Source: an uncultured Verrucomicrobiae bacterium
Lineage (GTDB): Bacteria; Verrucomicrobiota; Verrucomicrobiia; Opitutales; JABDGR01
Direction of reading: 5' to 3'
Assembly: GCA_963765205.1 (NCBI GenBank)
Contig: CAVXVB010000002.1
Span: 96,001-160,000 of the forward strand
DNA length: 64,000 nt
The stretch's first letter is position 1; every line of letters begins with the position of its first letter. This document shows positions 62,057-64,000 of this stretch, in pieces. The notes under the pieces were generated by a model, which had not been told where the DNA came from, did not search any database, and saw only the letters and a program-made list of their open reading frames with translations. The position numbers and the translations under genes are program-made.

Positions 62057-62927
62057 CTACACATCGAAATTCGAAAAAGCTAATATTGCCAAAAGATAAA
62101 AGGCTACTGGCCCGGCGAGGAGCAGACTATCCGCCAAGTCCAACGCGCCGCCGATGCCGGGGATGCACCGTCCAGAATCTTTGACGCCCGCGCGGCGCTT
62201 GAAGACGGATTTCGGACAGGTCGGAGACGATGGCGGCAATGCCTATGGGAAACGCCAAACAGACGGCGCGGATGGGCGTCAGCCACTCGGGGAAGAATTG
62301 CGGGGCAAACTGCACCGGCAAATATGCGACTAGCGCTGACAGCAATAGCCCCCCCGCGACGCCTTCCCAAGTCTTTCCCGGGCTGATGGACGGCGCCAGT
62401 TTGTGCCGGCCAAATATCGAGCCAATAAGGTAACCGCCGACATCCGTAAATTTCGCGACGGCAATCACCCAAATCGCCAAGCTTAGGCCATTATTACCCC
62501 CAAACTGCGGACCAATGATTATAAATATTAATAAATAATGTATCATCATAAACGGAACATAAACGAGTGCGAGTACAGACCCGGCCAAACGGTTGATGGC
62601 AGTCGTGCCTTGGGCGCTGGCCAGCGCACCAACGACAAGCGCAACAGGAACGAGCATAAGGATTAGAGGAAGCAATACGAATTGCCAGTAAGACGATAGA
62701 CCGAAAACGACCATCATTCCAAATACCATCATTATAATAAATCCGAGCGTCAAAGTTGGTGTTTTCCACGGCGGCAGCCCGGATTTTTCCAGCAGGCCTT
62801 GAAATTCGTATTGCGCGAGCAGCGTGAAAACGGCCAGCAGCACGACTCCGCCGGGCGCGCCGAATAAATAGATGGTCCCGAGGACGACCGTCCACAACCC
62901 GACTGTGCTGAGCGTGCGTTTAATCAC
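62057..62927 (-). CDS. cdsA: Phosphatidate cytidylyltransferase (frameshift near 62211, likely sequencing error)
   Basis: [44 protein letters not shown] continues in the adjacent frame. Confidence 0.92.
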
Positions 62928-63709
62928 TTGGGCGAAGCGGGTTCGGGCGCGGGCAGGCGCACTTGTTCCCCCGTCTGTCCGAAACGCCGCTCGCGCCGTT
63001 TGTAGGCTTCAAGCGCCTCGACGAAGTGCGCGCGGCTGAATTCCGGCCAATACACCGGGCTGAAATACATCTCTGCATACGCCGCTTGCAGCAGCAGGAA
63101 ATTGCTCAGGCGGCTTTCTCCCGAGGTACGGATGATGAGGTCGGGGTCGGGCAGGCCGTTCGTGGAAAGGTATTGGGCCAGGCGCGCCCAGTCCAACTCG
63201 GCGGGATTTTCCCGGCCCGCGCGCACGGCCTCGGCATACTCCCGTGCGGCCTCGACCGCTTCCTGGCGCGAGCCGTAATTGAGCGCCAGTACCAGCGTAT
63301 GTTCGGTGAAGTGGGCGGTGCGGGCCAGGGCGCGTTCGAGGCAGGCGCGCGCCCGCTCGGGCAATTGGTCAATGCGGCCGATGGTGCGCAGGCGCACCTG
63401 GTTTTGCTCGAGTTCGCGCGTGTAGCGTTCGAGAAAAATCTCCAGCAACCCCATCAGCGCGCCGACTTCCTCGGCCGGCCGGCGCCAATTCTCCGCGGAG
63501 AACGCGTAGAGCGTGAGGTAGGGCACGTCGAGGTCGCGCGCCACCTCGACAATGCGTCGTACATTTTCCACGCCCTGTCGGTGGCCCTCGATGCGTGGCA
63601 ATCCGCGCGCGCGCGCCCAGCGGCCGTTGCCATCCATGATGATGGCCACGTGCTGTGGGTTCGTGGATTGCTCGGCGGCGGATTTCGGACACAGGGTTGG
63701 GCCGGTCAA
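62924..63709 (-). CDS. uppS: Undecaprenyl diphosphate synthase
   Basis: HVAIIMDGNGRWA, YAFSAENWRRP, DPDLIIRTSGESRLSNFLL. Confidence 0.96.
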   Translation of the reverse strand: MTGPTLCPKSAAEQSTNPQHVAIIMDGNGRWARARGLPRIEGHRQGVENVRRIVEVARDLDVPYLTLYAFSAENWRRPAEEVGALMGLLEIFLERYTRELEQNQVRLRTIGRIDQLPERARACLERALARTAHFTEHTLVLALNYGSRQEAVEAAREYAEAVRAGRENPAELDWARLAQYLSTNGLPDPDLIIRTSGESRLSNFLLLQAAYAEMYFSPVYWPEFSRAHFVEALEAYKRRERRFGQTGEQVRLPAPEPASPK

Positions 63710-64000
63710 AATAAGTTACGGAAGTATGTATTTAACGCACAGACATAAATGGGCGCAAGCCCTTGTTGGCATCCTTTTGATTTTCGGGTTTTTAGGCGGA
63801 ATTTTCCTTTGTCCCCACGCAAATAAAAACGCCATGTTGAAGGAGTCCCGGCTCATGGGGAGTGCAAGGGTCTTCTTTAAGTTTAATGGAAGCATCGGCA
63901 AACGCTTCTTTGATAATGCCTCCCCATTCCTTAACTTCATCTCCGTTGCACCGGATAAAAATACCCCGGTGACTGTGGAGAATTTTAAGCGTCGGTTGAA

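Noticed and set aside
62057..62927. cdsA as a true pseudogene
   Set aside because: Essential gene in its conserved position next to uppS with a single indel and intact motifs; most likely an error

Overview
GC-rich bacterial chromosome segment. The gene families present (DUF1552/DUF1592 pair, SHD1-like repeats, ECF/anti-sigma pairs) suggest PVC superphylum, probably Verrucomicrobiota; this is inference. Housekeeping genes (obgE, metF, cdsA, uppS, Rieske/cytochrome b-c, mscS, three tRNAs) are interleaved with mobile DNA. The most striking structure is a family of small tRNA-integrated elements whose tyrosine integrase ORF reads through the att site. The 7.05 kb element in tRNA-Ser (22968-30042) carries a rolling-circle HUH Rep. 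Joining its two att copies in silico fuses the integrase in frame to a 66-aa tail at the far end. This creates one ATGA-coupled operon (HTH-xis-int-orf75-rep) that exists only in the excised circle. A 2.06 kb relative sits in tRNA-Pro (55979-58058), and a third degenerate tRNA-Ser 3' fragment at 37468-37494 suggests an older tandem island. Also present: a signal-peptide mini-Rhs toxin/immunity pair, two identical inverted IS5-family copies, IS110 remnants including a probable bridge-RNA-encoding left end, and REP-like palindromes. Several single-base frameshifts, one in essential cdsA, indicate sequencing indel errors, so pseudogene calls need caution.
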